Shown piece after piece: positions 11,935 to 23,818 of a stretch of DNA of 47,687 nucleotides. The stretch is from contig NW_014577061.1 of NCBI RefSeq assembly GCF_000485595.1, forward strand, positions 1,295,801-1,343,487, given 5' to 3'. Numbering within the stretch: position 1 is the first letter of the stretch; every line of letters begins with the position of its first letter. The stretch is from Priapulus caudatus (Eukaryota). The notes beneath the pieces were generated by a model, which was not told the origin of the DNA, did not search any database, and worked only from the letters and a program-made list of their open reading frames with translations. Both the position numbers and the translations under genes were made by a program.

Positions 11935-13199
11935 CTGGAAAACATGTATATCATGATGCATATATATATATGAGCTTGTATAGTTATAAAATATAATAGG
12001 GAACTCCCTATTATTTACTATTATGTATAGATCGTGGTTGTGCGTGGTGTGTGTGCGCGTGTGTGCGTGCGTGTGTGTGTATGCACATCCGTCTGTATAT
12101 CATAGTGGAGGTTTTCCCCAATACTCTGATCTTACAATAAACGCAAATATGCAACAACGACTTTACCCCATCAACCATTATATATTGAAAATCAAATCAA
12201 ACCGAGCTAGGGAGTCCAACAAGCTCGCACACGTCAGAGGCTGCAAGAGTTGCTCATTGATGTACTTATTTTGTGCTGGTAAATAACAGGAGACTTACAA
12301 TTTCCGCGTGTCCTTCGGTGCATCCTTGCTGAAACCGCGCCGCTCTTTCATGATGCGGCCTGTCTCTGCACCCCGTAAACCTCACCTAGAATACACGGAA
12401 ATTCCACGTTAGAACGCTGTTACATATAGCAGCGTGCACGTGAGCACGTGCCCACTTATACACTCATGTACGCACGCACGCACGCACACATACCCACATG
12501 CAGTAGTTAAGGTACATATCATTAATTCTCATCGAATGTCGCGTACACTACGATCGGTCCATGCTCAATCCATTTCCAATTTTCATCAACGACAGAACTG
12601 AATTCATACGTAGTTATGAACACACAAGGGCGTTGCCGGTATCAGTAATGATTCAGCTTTGCTCGTACACGGGCGTTCTGACAGCGTGTGGTGACGGGTA
12701 GGACCCGTAGGACTATAGAACGGTAATCGTGGTGACAATCGTAGAGACATACACATGTATACGAGTTCACTGTAGCAATGCTACCCTACAACTCAGCCAA
12801 GATAGCGATGACGAGAAATTGACGTTCCTGAATAGCGGCTCGTGAAATTTGTCATCACGATTAGTCACATTATTACTCACTTCCGGTATAGACACTATAG
12901 CAAGCCCGCGAACACGCGCGAGATATCGCCACCATACACACATACTTCACATATCGGAATACGATTATTGCATCATAGTCGTAAGATCACAGGTAAACTC
13001 AACACGGAGAACTCGAAACGGTTTTGCAATACACGAGCGCTGGTATCCACACGGTCTGCCACGTGCTCGTCGATGTATACGCGTTCCGCTGGCACTGCCA
13101 CGCGCGTACGAATGAATATACCTCGCTATCTCTGCTCAGTCGTCGAAACAACTCGTCGTTGTTAAACTTTGCTCTCTGGTCGGCAACAACTCGGGGCAT
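11824..13199 (-). CDS. CBFB: Core-binding factor beta subunit (Runx partner; Brother/Big brother homolog), 5' part only (exons 1-3)
   Basis: Three phase-0 exons give MPRVVADQRAKFNNDELFRRLSRDSE|VRFTGCRDRPHHERAARFQQGCTEGHAEI|AFVTSGTNLELFFCPTGDNRRQAPEQRGYADMTDPAK. This is colinear with vertebrate MPRVVPDQRSKFENEEFFRKLSRECE-IKYTGFRDRPHEERQARF-AFVATGTNL. Confidence 0.95.
12299..12385 (-). CDS. CBFB: CBF-beta exon 2
   Basis: VRFTGCRDRPHHERAARFQQGCTEGHAEI; TTCTAG / GTAAGT. Confidence 0.95.
13122..13199 (-). CDS. CBFB: CBF-beta exon 1
   Basis: MPRVVADQRAKFNNDELFRRLSRDSE, donor GTATAT. Confidence 0.95.
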
Positions 13200-13349
13200 A
13201 CTAGGCATGGCAACACCAGTGCCTTTCCCCGCCGATGTGGACAGCATCGAGTTAACCATCTGAATGGCAATGTTCTTTGCAACTCGGCTACCTTCTTACT
13301 CATCGCCGTTTCTATATGGGCCGCCGTGTACCCTCTCCCCATTCACCGC

Positions 13350-13455
13350 GAGTGATCACGTGCCGAGATTCCGATTGGATGATCGCTGGTAGCGTTCGGC
13401 TTATTCACGAGGATCACCATATTTGGAACGCCGAACCGGATTTAGGCGGGGCGTG
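13350..13455 (-). promoter_or_regulatory. Candidate CBFB proximal promoter
   Basis: E-box CACGTG (about 13357), CCAAT box (ATTGG, about 13374) and GC box GGCGGGGC (about 13445), 150-250 bp upstream of the ATG; motif match only. Confidence 0.35.
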
Positions 13456-14365
13456 CTGCCGTGTCGTCACGTTCGTGCATCTTCGGCAGCTCCTTTTATG
13501 GGAGATGATTGACAGCTTTTACTACGAAGCGTACGCTGAACTGGTCGCGGCAAGCAGAACCCGCAGCAAGCCAGCAACGATACCACTGTAGTCGCGCGTT
13601 TACACACTAGTTATGTACTCTACCGTGAAGATCGCCGTTGATATATCCGAGAAGCATAAGAGCACGCTAAATCTTAGCTGGACGACGCGCGTTTTGTTGA
13701 CGGACTAGTGTAATAATCTTGGGCCTGTTGATTCTACCCGCTCCTCTTAATGTTTGAAAGTACCCAAGGCACCATAGTTTCATGTTGGGCTGAGTAAGAT
13801 TGCCTTCTTTACAGGCAATAAAGTGACGAGTTAGTCATCATTCTATACGTCTGTTACGATGCGTACGAAAGTAAAGCCTAGCGCAGACTTGCGACTAGGT
13901 CTGCGTTACTATCTCAATCACGCAGTAAACCCACTGTGTGAAACACAGCGATATGTTGCGCAAGCGACCGATGACAAATAGTCGGTAAACACATAGGCGT
14001 GTCTCTCACGCGATGCACATAGATTTTCGAAGATTCGCAACCCTACGGGATGACGAAGTTAATTTCGCATCCGCCGTTTACCGGCTCCCACGTATAATAC
14101 ACGCTACGATTCACCACTTCCGCTCATGATCCGCTAACCGCAAAACCGCAAAGCGAAACAAAAACGACAACGTGCCCGCGCGTGGGCGTCTGTCTGCACC
14201 GACTGCGTGTAGTAATAATATCAGTCGGGCGTAGTATTTGCCGCCTACGTTACATTTGTGTAGACGGTTGACGAGTGAGTAATCCACCCACACGCGCAAA
14301 TCCACAGAATTGATAGCCGTGCGGTTTAATTAACGACCACGGTCAGCGTGATATTGCGCGGGTTA

Positions 14366-14419
<54 letters not shown>

Positions 14420-14559
14420 GATGTGGGCTTTTCCAGGGTTATATTGAGCAGCATCAACCCTACCCGAGTCATATTTGAACACGTTATCTTACTCTTGGTA
14501 TATAGAGATAACGTTCACGAGTGCGTGTACCTATATTATTACAGTGTGGGTGTGTTAGT

Positions 14560-14694
14560 ATGGTGTGTGTGCACGGCATGCATGTGGGAGCGTACGTACG
14601 TGCGTGTGTGTGTATGCGTGTGTGTGCATGTGTGTGTGTGTGGTGTGTGTGTGTGTGTGTCGTGTGTGTGTGGTGTGTGTGTGTGTGTGTCTGG

Positions 14695-14727
<33 letters not shown>

Positions 14728-14867
14728 GTGCTGTGTGTCGTGTGTGTGTATGCGTGTTTGTGTGTTGCGTTGGCGTGCGTGTGTGTCGTGCGTGCTTTAG
14801 CGGGCGTGCGTGCGTCGGCGCGCAGCGCGCGCGTGTGTGTGTGTGTGTTGGCGTGTGTGTGTGGTGT

Positions 14868-14958
<91 letters not shown>

Positions 14959-14992
14959 CTGTGCGTACGTGCGTGTGTGCGTGCGGGTGTGT
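14560..14992. repeat. (TG)n microsatellite region between CBFB and CYP51
   Basis: Direct reading; (TA)n at 14367-14416. Confidence 0.95.
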
Positions 14993-15920
14993 TTAGGCTG
15001 TGTTCCAGTGTTCACGTTCGTATTCCACGTTAACATAAATCTCTAAACATTGAATCTCGAATCACGACAGGTGAAAATTCTCGTTACCTGACTGACGACA
15101 AAACGTCGTTTTTTCCACTGATGAAAAAATACGAGGTTATATCACGCCTAATCATATTACTTCACAAAAATTACTCCAAGTCAACCAATTGTCATTTTAA
15201 CCTATAAAGGAAAAACTATTTCATTTCTTCTTGATTTATGAGGTGAAAGAGAACGGAGTGATGTACATTGTTGTGTTTCGCCTAAGATAGACTTGCTATC
15301 GGAAATGTCTTATTTATCTAAATTGTAAATTATTTATGTAATTTTATGGTACGCAATCAATATATAATATATTCTATATTTAGTCCCATGTTTCTCTAGA
15401 TAACATGTTAGACAGCGCTCTATTTCGTGAGATTAAGAAGCAGGCGAATCTAAGAACCGATAAAATTACAAAGTTTTATTATGCTATCGTCTGTCAATGC
15501 TGCACGTACGTTGCACATTGAAACTCACTTTAGATCAACATTTCAACCAGTCAAACACGTGGGCAAAGTCTACGGTCGTGCACCCTCGATCCTCATCATA
15601 CGATCGGCGACACAGCTGATTGTCAATATAGGATGATCCCCATATTTCGCATCGCCAATCCTTTACGACGCGAGTGATACCTTGACATCAGCGATCAGCT
15701 GAGTTCCTCAACAGGCGATCAGCTGATTCATCGCGGTGCGCAGAGGTGGCGCCCCTGTGTGATAAAAAGCGTAAACTTATGGGTAAGGAAATACTCCGTT
15801 AAAGAGCTACCGAATATACTTAGAACTATGAATTATTTCGACTATCGTCTCTAAATACAGTCGCGCGTATATAGGGTGTTCTTACGTGTGTTTATTTACT
15901 GTTCAAATATTTCTGCATTA

Positions 15921-16000
15921 GTGACGTGCGTGACCGTGACGTCACATCGCATCTTCCGCACAAGTTTACGAACTAAAGAAACTCCGACCTAGCTCATTGG
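15921..16000 (+). promoter_or_regulatory. Candidate CYP51 proximal promoter (CRE + inverted CCAAT)
   Basis: GTGACGTCAC 15936-15945, half-site GTGACGT 15921-15927, ATTGG 15996-16000; motif match only. Confidence 0.35.
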
Positions 16001-16168
16001 TTTAGAGTGCATTGTCGTTTGTTCTATCATGGTTTGTTTACCTTTCTGTTCGCTAAAATATATAAATATAAAATATACCGCGACACCGGCTCAGCGAATT
16101 CAACCATAATTTAAGCCTGGCAGGACGGCTAAAGTCTAAAGATGGCTAAAGAAGTCTAAAGGCTAAAG

Positions 16169-16309
16169 ATGGATTATGTGCCGGAGAAACTGCACTCGCA
16201 AAGCGCCACGACACTAACCATTGTCGCGGCTACGATAGGCTTGATTATTACTCTGCTCACACAGAGGCTGAAGTCAACATCGGCTTCTGTAAAAGGAAAC
16301 GACTTGGTG
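16169..16309 (+). CDS. CYP51: CYP51 exon 1 (membrane anchor)
   Basis: MDYVPEK...[16 protein letters not shown]...KGNDLV, then phase-0 donor GTAATA; phase fits exon 2. The exact donor is less certain (alternatives nearby). Confidence 0.8.
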
Positions 16310-19300
16310 GTAATATTACTCGTTACAGACATTATTACTATTACTATTAGTAATATATTAATCTGTATTTTTAATTGCTCGTTACACTGAGAGCCTGAGA
16401 GGGTAATAAAAATGCACATGATATATACCGGGTACTGTATTTATATTTATAATTATAACTGTAACTGTAAGTGTAGCTGAGAGTGAGAGGGTCTATGTCC
16501 CCCAGGGTACTGCCGGAACGTACCCTGGGTACGGTCCGGTATACCAGAACGTACCCTGGTCACTATTTGATATGGTTAGGGTTAGGATTAGGGTTAGGGT
16601 TAGGATTAGGGTTCGGGTTCGGCTTAGGGAGTAGGCGTAGGCAACTCCCTAGACTCGTTAGTGGAGTAGGTGAGGTACGGTTCGGCATATTAGATAGTAC
16701 CAGGGTACGTTCCGGCAGTACCCCGGGGGACATAGACCCTCTCCGCGTAAGTGTAACTTACAACAAAGTCAACATAACTTTATATCTTTCCCGTTTCCGT
16801 CTTCGATATAATAGTGAGCTTTCGTTTTGCACGACGGATCGTTCTACGACGGTGAAAACCACACTGGGACCGTCTGCGCATGCTCGAATCTTGCTGTACC
16901 ATCCGTCCTGAAGATTCTACGACGGTTCTCGGGGTAAATCACCGTCGTGCCGAGAACGACGACGTATAGCCAAGGCCGTGCCTGGTGCGCATGCGTCTGG
17001 TCATGCGCATGGTCCATCGACAGATACTTTGACATACTTTGACGGATACTTTGCCATTTTGATGTATTGTATATTTGTATGACTTGATGACACAAACTTT
17101 TGAAGCAAGCGACACGATGTCGATGATGAGAGAGAGTATGCATTCCGTAAGTTTCCACTATTTGGTGGTGACAGCCCATGTTGAAATCAAATCATAATCA
17201 GGCGTGGATTAATGATGGTCTTTTACTAAGATAATACTAATAAAGGTCTATAGTATTACATCTACAGTTAGTGTTACTGACATGTTTAAAAGATTCAAAA
17301 TGTAACAATGACATAACCGGTGAAGATTCGCCATTTTTAAAATACGCGCGATCAAAACAAAAGGTCATGTGATCAAATTGGCCAATTTGTCGCCGTCGTG
17401 AAAATCGAAACGAGTTACCGCAGGACGGACGCTCAGCACGCCCGACGGTATGGTCACAGGTTTTTATCCGTCGTGCAAAACGAAAGCTCACTAATCCCTT
17501 GGACTTTGAAGACTAATATTTATGAGGTTATGAGGTACCGTATTGCATGAATAAAATTCATTAGCAAGTCGTAGATCGCCACGTAGTGAGAAACGAGAAG
17601 GTAACTTATTGTGCCTAATAATGCAATAGTAACTTATGTGTTAATTAGTTATTATACAGTTATGATTGTAGGCTAAAATCAATTTGATATATAGTGAACA
17701 TAGTAGTATTTTGTAAAAACTAATAAATACTATTTTGTTTTATTTATTAGTTACAGAATCTACCACCAGTGATACCACATTCAGTTCCATTTTTGGGACA
17801 TGCAGTAGCATTCGGTCAGGACCCAATCAACTTCCTGAAAACAGCGTATGACAAGGTTACCAATAAACTTGGCTATAGCATTTTACCAGTGACATCAATT
17901 CATTTAACTAATGTTATGCAATACTATATGACAGTGCACCGATGTGTGTACCTGGTAACACTCGCGAACCATGCTAGTGCTACATATATATAGCCATAGC
18001 CAGTGTTTTTCTATCTATATCAAACAGTTTGAAGTCGACCCATCCAATTGAAAACACACAAAAGAACTTAGTCTGTAATAAGTAGTTATGTCACATCGTA
18101 TTGATCTTTATTTGACTTGCATTTATAAACCGTTCACTTCATTGAGTGCTCAATTATATAGACAAGCATGTGCATTGTAAAATTGTGTACCGGTATCATG
18201 TTAAAATTGTGTTCCCCAGGCTAACCGGATCTCCTTATCACAGTTAGTGTTCTGTGTTTCAGAGTGCATTGTAAATGCATGTTATGTGTACTAGCCTATG
18301 CCAGAAGCAGCTCAGCACAGTAGGTAATCACGCAGTCTTGTAACATTTATAAGTCGATCTCACTGCTTCAGTATGGTCCAGTCTTCTCTTTCACGATGGT
18401 GGGCAGCACGTTTACCTACCTGGTTGGCTCTGATGCCTCAGCACTCTTCTTCAATAGCAAAAATGAAGATCTGAATGCTGAGGATGTTTATAGCCGGCTT
18501 ACCACGCCTGTGTTCGGCAAGGGTGTCGCTTACGATGTGCCAAACCAGGTATTCCCACGTTTATGTATATATAATCTACTCATACCACAGACCTAATTCT
18601 TTGATCTCATCTTGTTTTCTCCATTCCATCTGTTTGCATGTTGTTGTTTCTCAATGCACTTGAAACCATAGTTACGTATTGATATGTTTCAATTTTTAAG
18701 TAATCCTGTTGTTACAATGTAGTATAGGTTTCCATTGAATACATTTGCCAAGTGTGTTTGTTATTTTCATGTAGTCAGAGTAGCATATGCACCAGGTGAG
18801 TCTGGTATGATTATATGCATATTTTCATTTTAATCTTACTGTGAGCATTTCTGTTAATTTTCAGCTATTTCTTGAGCAGAAAAAAATATTCAAGACTGGC
18901 TTGAATATTGCTAGATTCAGGACCCACGTATCACTGATAGAAGATGAAACACGGGAGTACTTTAAAGCGTGGGGACACAAGGGAGAAAGGGGTATGTGCT
19001 TCTTCTAATTCATGTTAGCTGTAGAGTGATCAAGTTTAAGCATGTACGGTAGAGTGTGGGTAACTATACTTGTACTATGAGAAATTAACCAGCTAGCAGC
19101 TATGGGACAGGATGCAGACATTAAGTCTATTACGTAATTGTATAATCCGAACATGTTTAAGCCAGGCTATGTGCTCTTGCTAGTGCAGTTATGTAAGTGC
19201 ACGCATATAGTGACTCATTGTGAGCCAGTTTTATACAGTCTACGTGTACCCTTCCACAGGAACCTCTTCAATTGAGATTTGCTTATTTTACCCACATTTC

Positions 19301-21702
19301 CTGAATTTTGCTTGTGCGACCATTACCGGAAGTAACACAACATATTACACCTCAATCAAGAGTTTGAATTTTCTATCTATTCATTTAAAAGTAGTACTGC
19401 ACGATATATTGCTGCTGGGTTAAATCTGCTCCTACTCTCTCCTAGATATATTCGAGGCACTCTCCGAACTGATCATCCTCACAGCCTCCCGCTGTCTGCA
19501 TGGGTCCGAGGTCCGAGACTTGTTTACCGAGAGCAGCAAGATATCAGAACTGTATAAAGACCTGGATGGAGGATTCAACCAACTCGCATGGCTCCTTCCT
19601 GGATGGCTTCCATTTCCCAGCTTCTTGTAAGTGATGCAGTTTATGAGTGATGATCTTCGGCTAGCTGGAGCTGGTATTGGATGAGATGGCGATCGTTTAT
19701 ATCGTATTAGCACTCTTGGTCTAGTCGTAATATTGAGTGATGTTCGTGGGTGGTTTTTGCTCATGTTGACTCGAATGCTAATGTGTGACTGCCTGCCTGT
19801 TGGAAGGAAGCGAGATAGGGCGAGGTTGGAAATGGAAAAGATGTTTCGCAAGGTTATATCTGCTCGGCGAGCATCTGAACCAAAGGATGACATGCTGCAG
19901 ACACTAATTGACTCCACATACAAGTACGAACATCTACTAGTACTTCTATACAGCTTGCCACCTGTCTCTACCATTATTATCAGTGATTCTCTCATGCACG
20001 AATTTTAGCATTTAATGTTGCACAATCACTCACAACGTCTTTGCTTAGATTTTTATTCAATACAGTACCAATGTGGAAAGTTCTTCAGTTAACACTGAAA
20101 AGGACTTTAGTTAAGACTGCGGCGGGTTCGGTTGCTGTTATCGAAGCAGTATACTGTTAAAGGCTCACAATGCGCATCCAAATGCTAATTTCTCCAGTAC
20201 TAGACTAGCAAATACTTCGTGTCATGCATAATCACACTACCTTATGACAAAATAAACTATAGTTGCTCCCATTTCACTGCGCGTTTGCTTAATACCCACA
20301 AGAAAAAGGTGAGAAAACTGGCATTCTGGCGCAACGCCGACTGTTTGCCAAACAAAATAGCCTCAAAGTGGTGACGTGACGTCACATGTTTTTATCTTTG
20401 CTGTGCCCGTACCGCTGTACCGCAGCACCACTGCACGGTTGCTTGGGGATTGGGGAAACTGTCAACAACATCGGAGAATTTTAACAACATTGGAGGTATT
20501 TTCAAAATACCTTTTATAAGACAACGCGCAGTGAAATGGGAGGAACTAGAGTTTATTTTGCCATAAAGTAGTATGATTATGCATGACACGAAGTATTTGC
20601 TAGTCTAGTAATGGAGAAATTAGCATTTGGATGCGCATTGTGAGCCTTTAATTCATAGTGGTATTGTACGATTTCCACATTTAAAGAATCGATCGATTGC
20701 AATGGCATGCAGGTAAATTCTAATATACAGGGAGCTATTCAAGTTGCTAGGTAATCGCCACTTATGAAGTTGTTTCACAATGCGTCGACATTGACGTTTG
20801 AGTCACGCGGCAGGAATGGCAGCCACCTGACAGATCAGGAGATTGTTGGGATGCTCATCGGTCTGCTTATGGCAGGTCAACACACATCTTCCACAACCAG
20901 TGCCTGGCTGGGTTTCTTCATTTCCCGGCATAAGCATGTGCAGGTGAACAGTATTCTTGGAGTTTGACTGATGCTACTAGGTTGATAGCTGATAGCTGAA
21001 TGTTCATACTCGTGTACATTTTGCCTTAAGCGTAGCAGGCTTCAATTGCAGATGGCTCGTGTTAGTGATTATGATATATATATCATAAATCACTAACATA
21101 TATATTTATATATATATATATATATATATCATAATCACTAACATGACTCATCTGCAATTGAAGCCTGCTACGCTTAAGGCAAAATGTGCACGAGTATGAA
21201 CAGTTGGCTATCAACCTAGTGGAAGCAGTCGTAGTCATAGTAAACTAACACCACTGTATCCTATAACACCCGTTTCAAAAGAAGGAATAGAACAATACCA
21301 AACATAAATCAGGTAATATGGCTGCATTGCCAAATAACTTCTATATGCACGTGGCCGTAATAGCTGATGCTATTTGTGCAAGTAGATGACGAAAATAGCA
21401 CGTAAACTGGTCACGTTTGTGTGCGGTTCGTCTGCTCGTGACGGCAACGAAGCCTGTGTCGTAGTCGGAGTCACATGATGGCTGTGTTGTTAGCTCCACG
21501 CACCATCTCTCTCTCTCTCCCTCACTCTCTCACTCTCTCTCTCGCTATCTCTCTCTCTCTCTGTCTCTCTCTCTCTCTGTCTCTCCCCCGTCTCTCTCTC
21601 TCTCACTCTCACTCTCCTGCTTTCGCTCTCTCTTTCTCTCTCTCTCTCGCGCTCACTCTCCTGCTTTCTCTCTCTCTCTCTCACTCTCTCCTGCTTTCTC
21701 TC

Positions 21703-21733
<31 letters not shown>

Positions 21734-23699
21734 ATCTCCCCCTCTCTCTCTACTCTCTCACTCACTCACGCTCTCTCTTGTGCCGTTATAGGAAGCTCTG
21801 TATGAGGAGCAGAAGCTGGTCTGCGGTGAGGCCTTCCCTCCGCTCGCCTATGATCAGCTGAAGGACATGACCTTGCTCGAGCGCTGCATTAAGGAGACGC
21901 TGAGACTGCGGCCACCTCTGATGACCGTCATGAGGATGGTTCGCTCACCGCAGGTATCGACTCTCGCCGTAGCCCGTAGATGGCGCTGCAGTCGCACGGG
22001 GCTCAGCGATGGCTAAACCTTACCATCTTAACCTTATTTTATTATAATCCTGATCTTGTTGTCATCCTTATCTTTATCTTATTATTATCCTTATCCTTTT
22101 CTTATCCTTATCCTATCTTTATCTTATCCTTAGTTTTATCACTATCCTTATCTTAGCCTTATCTTGATTTTATCAGCAGTGCAAATGTTTCTCAAGAGCT
22201 GTATCACGGATTCAAGTGACATTTAATTGTTGCAATCCTACATTTTTTAATCGCAGATCTTCATATATATTGATGTTGGGATGTTTATGAGTTAATAGCT
22301 ATTTGAGATAATATTAGTATAGCATACATGTCAACCCCTTCGGATGCCCACCTGTATAACCTTCTGGAAAAATCCATAAAATCCATAAGAAATCCTTAGG
22401 ATCTACAAATCACAACAGAATGAGTTTAATATTAACAATTTATTAACCGAGAGTCATCTCTGCAGTCTCTAGTCTGCATTCATTCACTGCAGCAACAGTA
22501 ACCTTCCTTGAATTATCAAGATTGACCAATCATCATGGTTGGGTTCAAATGCAGCTCGGAAGTCGAACGAGGTTTCATTGCCGCGAGACTTCAGTTAAAC
22601 ATCCGGTTGATGCTCTTTGTTCTCTTTACATGTGTGCACGTGTTCATGTGTTATTTTATCGTTCTCTAAACAAAACAGCACGCAATAAATTTTGAGCCAA
22701 GTTTGTTTATAATCCGTATGATTTTAGGTGTACGACCCCGTAAGCAATTTAAATGGGTGAAAATCCGTAAAACTTACGGACATTCCGTATAGGTTGACAT
22801 GTATGGTATAGATGGCCCGGATGTGGATGACCTGTGCTTTTAGTAGTCATTGTTGCCTTGAGGAAATTTCAACATTTGTCACTGTTTGCTGCACTGCAGA
22901 CGGTACTTGGATATACCATACCGCCAGGACACCAGATTTGTGTTTCACCTAGTGTGAATCACACACTCAACAGCACTTGGGGGGAGAGTGCGGAAGAGTT
23001 TGACCCAGACAGGTGAGTGAAGGAGGTAGTGTGGGCTGTGTGATTGGTGCTGTCTGCGCTGTCATCTCACGAAGTTGAAGAGTGCTTGCTGTTGTAAAGT
23101 GGTGCCGACGAATTGCACCATAATTGCTGTCAGCACGCTTGCACATACAGTGATATTGTAAATATGCGCTCATGGCGCCATCTACTGGCACTAATAGTCA
23201 TTTTATAGTCGAAAGTGCTGTGTAGTCCATCCTATGCCGATGGCTACCATACATTGGCTGAAAACACGGCTAGGAAATGTTTACAGTGTCTTTCTCTAGA
23301 GTTATTTTCTGTGTGATGGCTTACTGTCCTATTTCTCTACCTAGAAACTTTCTCCTATTTTCTTCCTTTCATTGTGGCATGAATTGACTAGACTATGACG
23401 AGAAACCGTGACTGCTACTAGCATGAGAGCTTTACTGTTAAGCTGAACACTCTCATGTCAGATTTCTGGGAGTGTCCGCCACCACGATCAGCGAGAAGTT
23501 CGCCTACTTGCCGTTCGGTGCGGGGCGCCACCGTTGCATCGGCGAATTCTTCGCCTACGTGCAGATCAAGGTCATCTGGTCGGTGCTGGTACGCACGTTC
23601 GAGTTTGAGCTGGCCGACGGCTACTTTCCTCCGGTCAACTACCAGACGATGATCCACACGCCAACCGATCCAGTGATCCGGTACAGGCGACGCGTGTAG
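16169..23699 (+). CDS. CYP51: Sterol 14-alpha-demethylase (cytochrome P450 51), complete 10-exon gene, 494 aa
   Basis: Exons 16169-16309, 17757-17855, 18372-18548, 18865-18991, 19446-19626, 19807-19923, 20814-20943, 21792-21953, 22900-23012, 23462-23699 join with GT-AG introns into one 1485-nt ORF. It has an N-terminal TM anchor, [14 protein letters not shown]-helix AGQHTS, K-helix ETLR and heme motif [10 protein letters not shown]. Confidence 0.97.
16476..16746. mobile_element. Mutator-like MITE, copy 2, in CYP51 intron 1
   Basis: TSD GTAAGTGTA at 16467-16475 and 16747-16755; TIR GAGAGGGTCTATGTCCCCC(A/G)GGGTACTGCCGGAACGTACCCTGG; degenerate (TTAGGG)n at about 16575-16629. Confidence 0.88.
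17757..17855 (+). CDS. CYP51: CYP51 exon 2
   Basis: [39 protein letters not shown] acceptor, GT donor. Confidence 0.95.
18372..18548 (+). CDS. CYP51: CYP51 exon 3
   Basis: [11 protein letters not shown]...[29 protein letters not shown] bounded. Confidence 0.97.
18865..18991 (+). CDS. CYP51: CYP51 exon 4
   Basis: [48 protein letters not shown] / GTATGT. Confidence 0.96.
19446..19626 (+). CDS. CYP51: CYP51 exon 5
   Basis: [20 protein letters not shown]...[27 protein letters not shown] / GTAAGT. Confidence 0.96.
19807..19923 (+). CDS. CYP51: CYP51 exon 6
   Basis: [39 protein letters not shown]; weak GAAG acceptor but phase-consistent. Confidence 0.93.
20161..20647. mobile_element. TTAA-target MITE (Kolobok-like, AG...CT termini) in CYP51 intron 6
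   Basis: TTAA|AGGCTCACAATGCGCATCC ... GGATGCGCATTGTGAGCCT|TTAA, about 125-bp TIRs. Confidence 0.85.
20814..20943 (+). CDS. CYP51: CYP51 exon 7 (I-helix)
   Basis: [43 protein letters not shown]. Confidence 0.96.
20966..21230. mobile_element. Hairpin element with (TA)n centre in CYP51 intron 7
   Basis: About 110-bp inverted arms (ACATTTTGCCTTAAGCGTAGCAGGCTTCAATTGCAGATG and its reverse complement). Confidence 0.75.
21505..21778. repeat. (CT)n tract forming the polypyrimidine tract of CYP51 exon 8
   Basis: Direct reading, ends about 12 nt before the acceptor AG. Confidence 0.93.
21792..21953 (+). CDS. CYP51: CYP51 exon 8 (ExxR)
   Basis: [54 protein letters not shown]. Confidence 0.96.
22323..22805. 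mobile_element. hAT-like non-autonomous element with 6-bp TSD in CYP51 intron 8
   Basis: TIR CATACATGTCAACC / GGTTGACATGTATG; GTATAG at 22317-22322 and 22806-22811. The superfamily call is tentative. Confidence 0.75.
22900..23012 (+). CDS. CYP51: CYP51 exon 9
   Basis: [44 protein letters not shown] / GTGAGT. Confidence 0.96.
23462..23699 (+). CDS. CYP51: CYP51 exon 10 (heme-binding Cys, stop)
   Basis: [32 protein letters not shown]...[16 protein letters not shown]. Confidence 0.97.
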
Positions 23700-23756
23700 G
23701 CACGCTGTGCATACGGCCAGGTGCTCTCTCTCTCTCTTTCCCTCTCCCTATCTCTG

Positions 23757-23818
<62 letters not shown>

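Noticed and set aside
15141..15150. SREBP element upstream of CYP51 (ATCACGCCTA)
   Set aside because: Three mismatches to ATCACCCCAC and 1 kb from the ATG; expected by chance
16575..16629. Telomere or chromosome-fusion scar
   Set aside because: Array is short, degenerate and internal to a MITE present twice in the window
19432..19995. 187-aa minus-strand ORF
   Set aside because: Antisense shadow of CYP51 exons 5-6; no recognisable protein features
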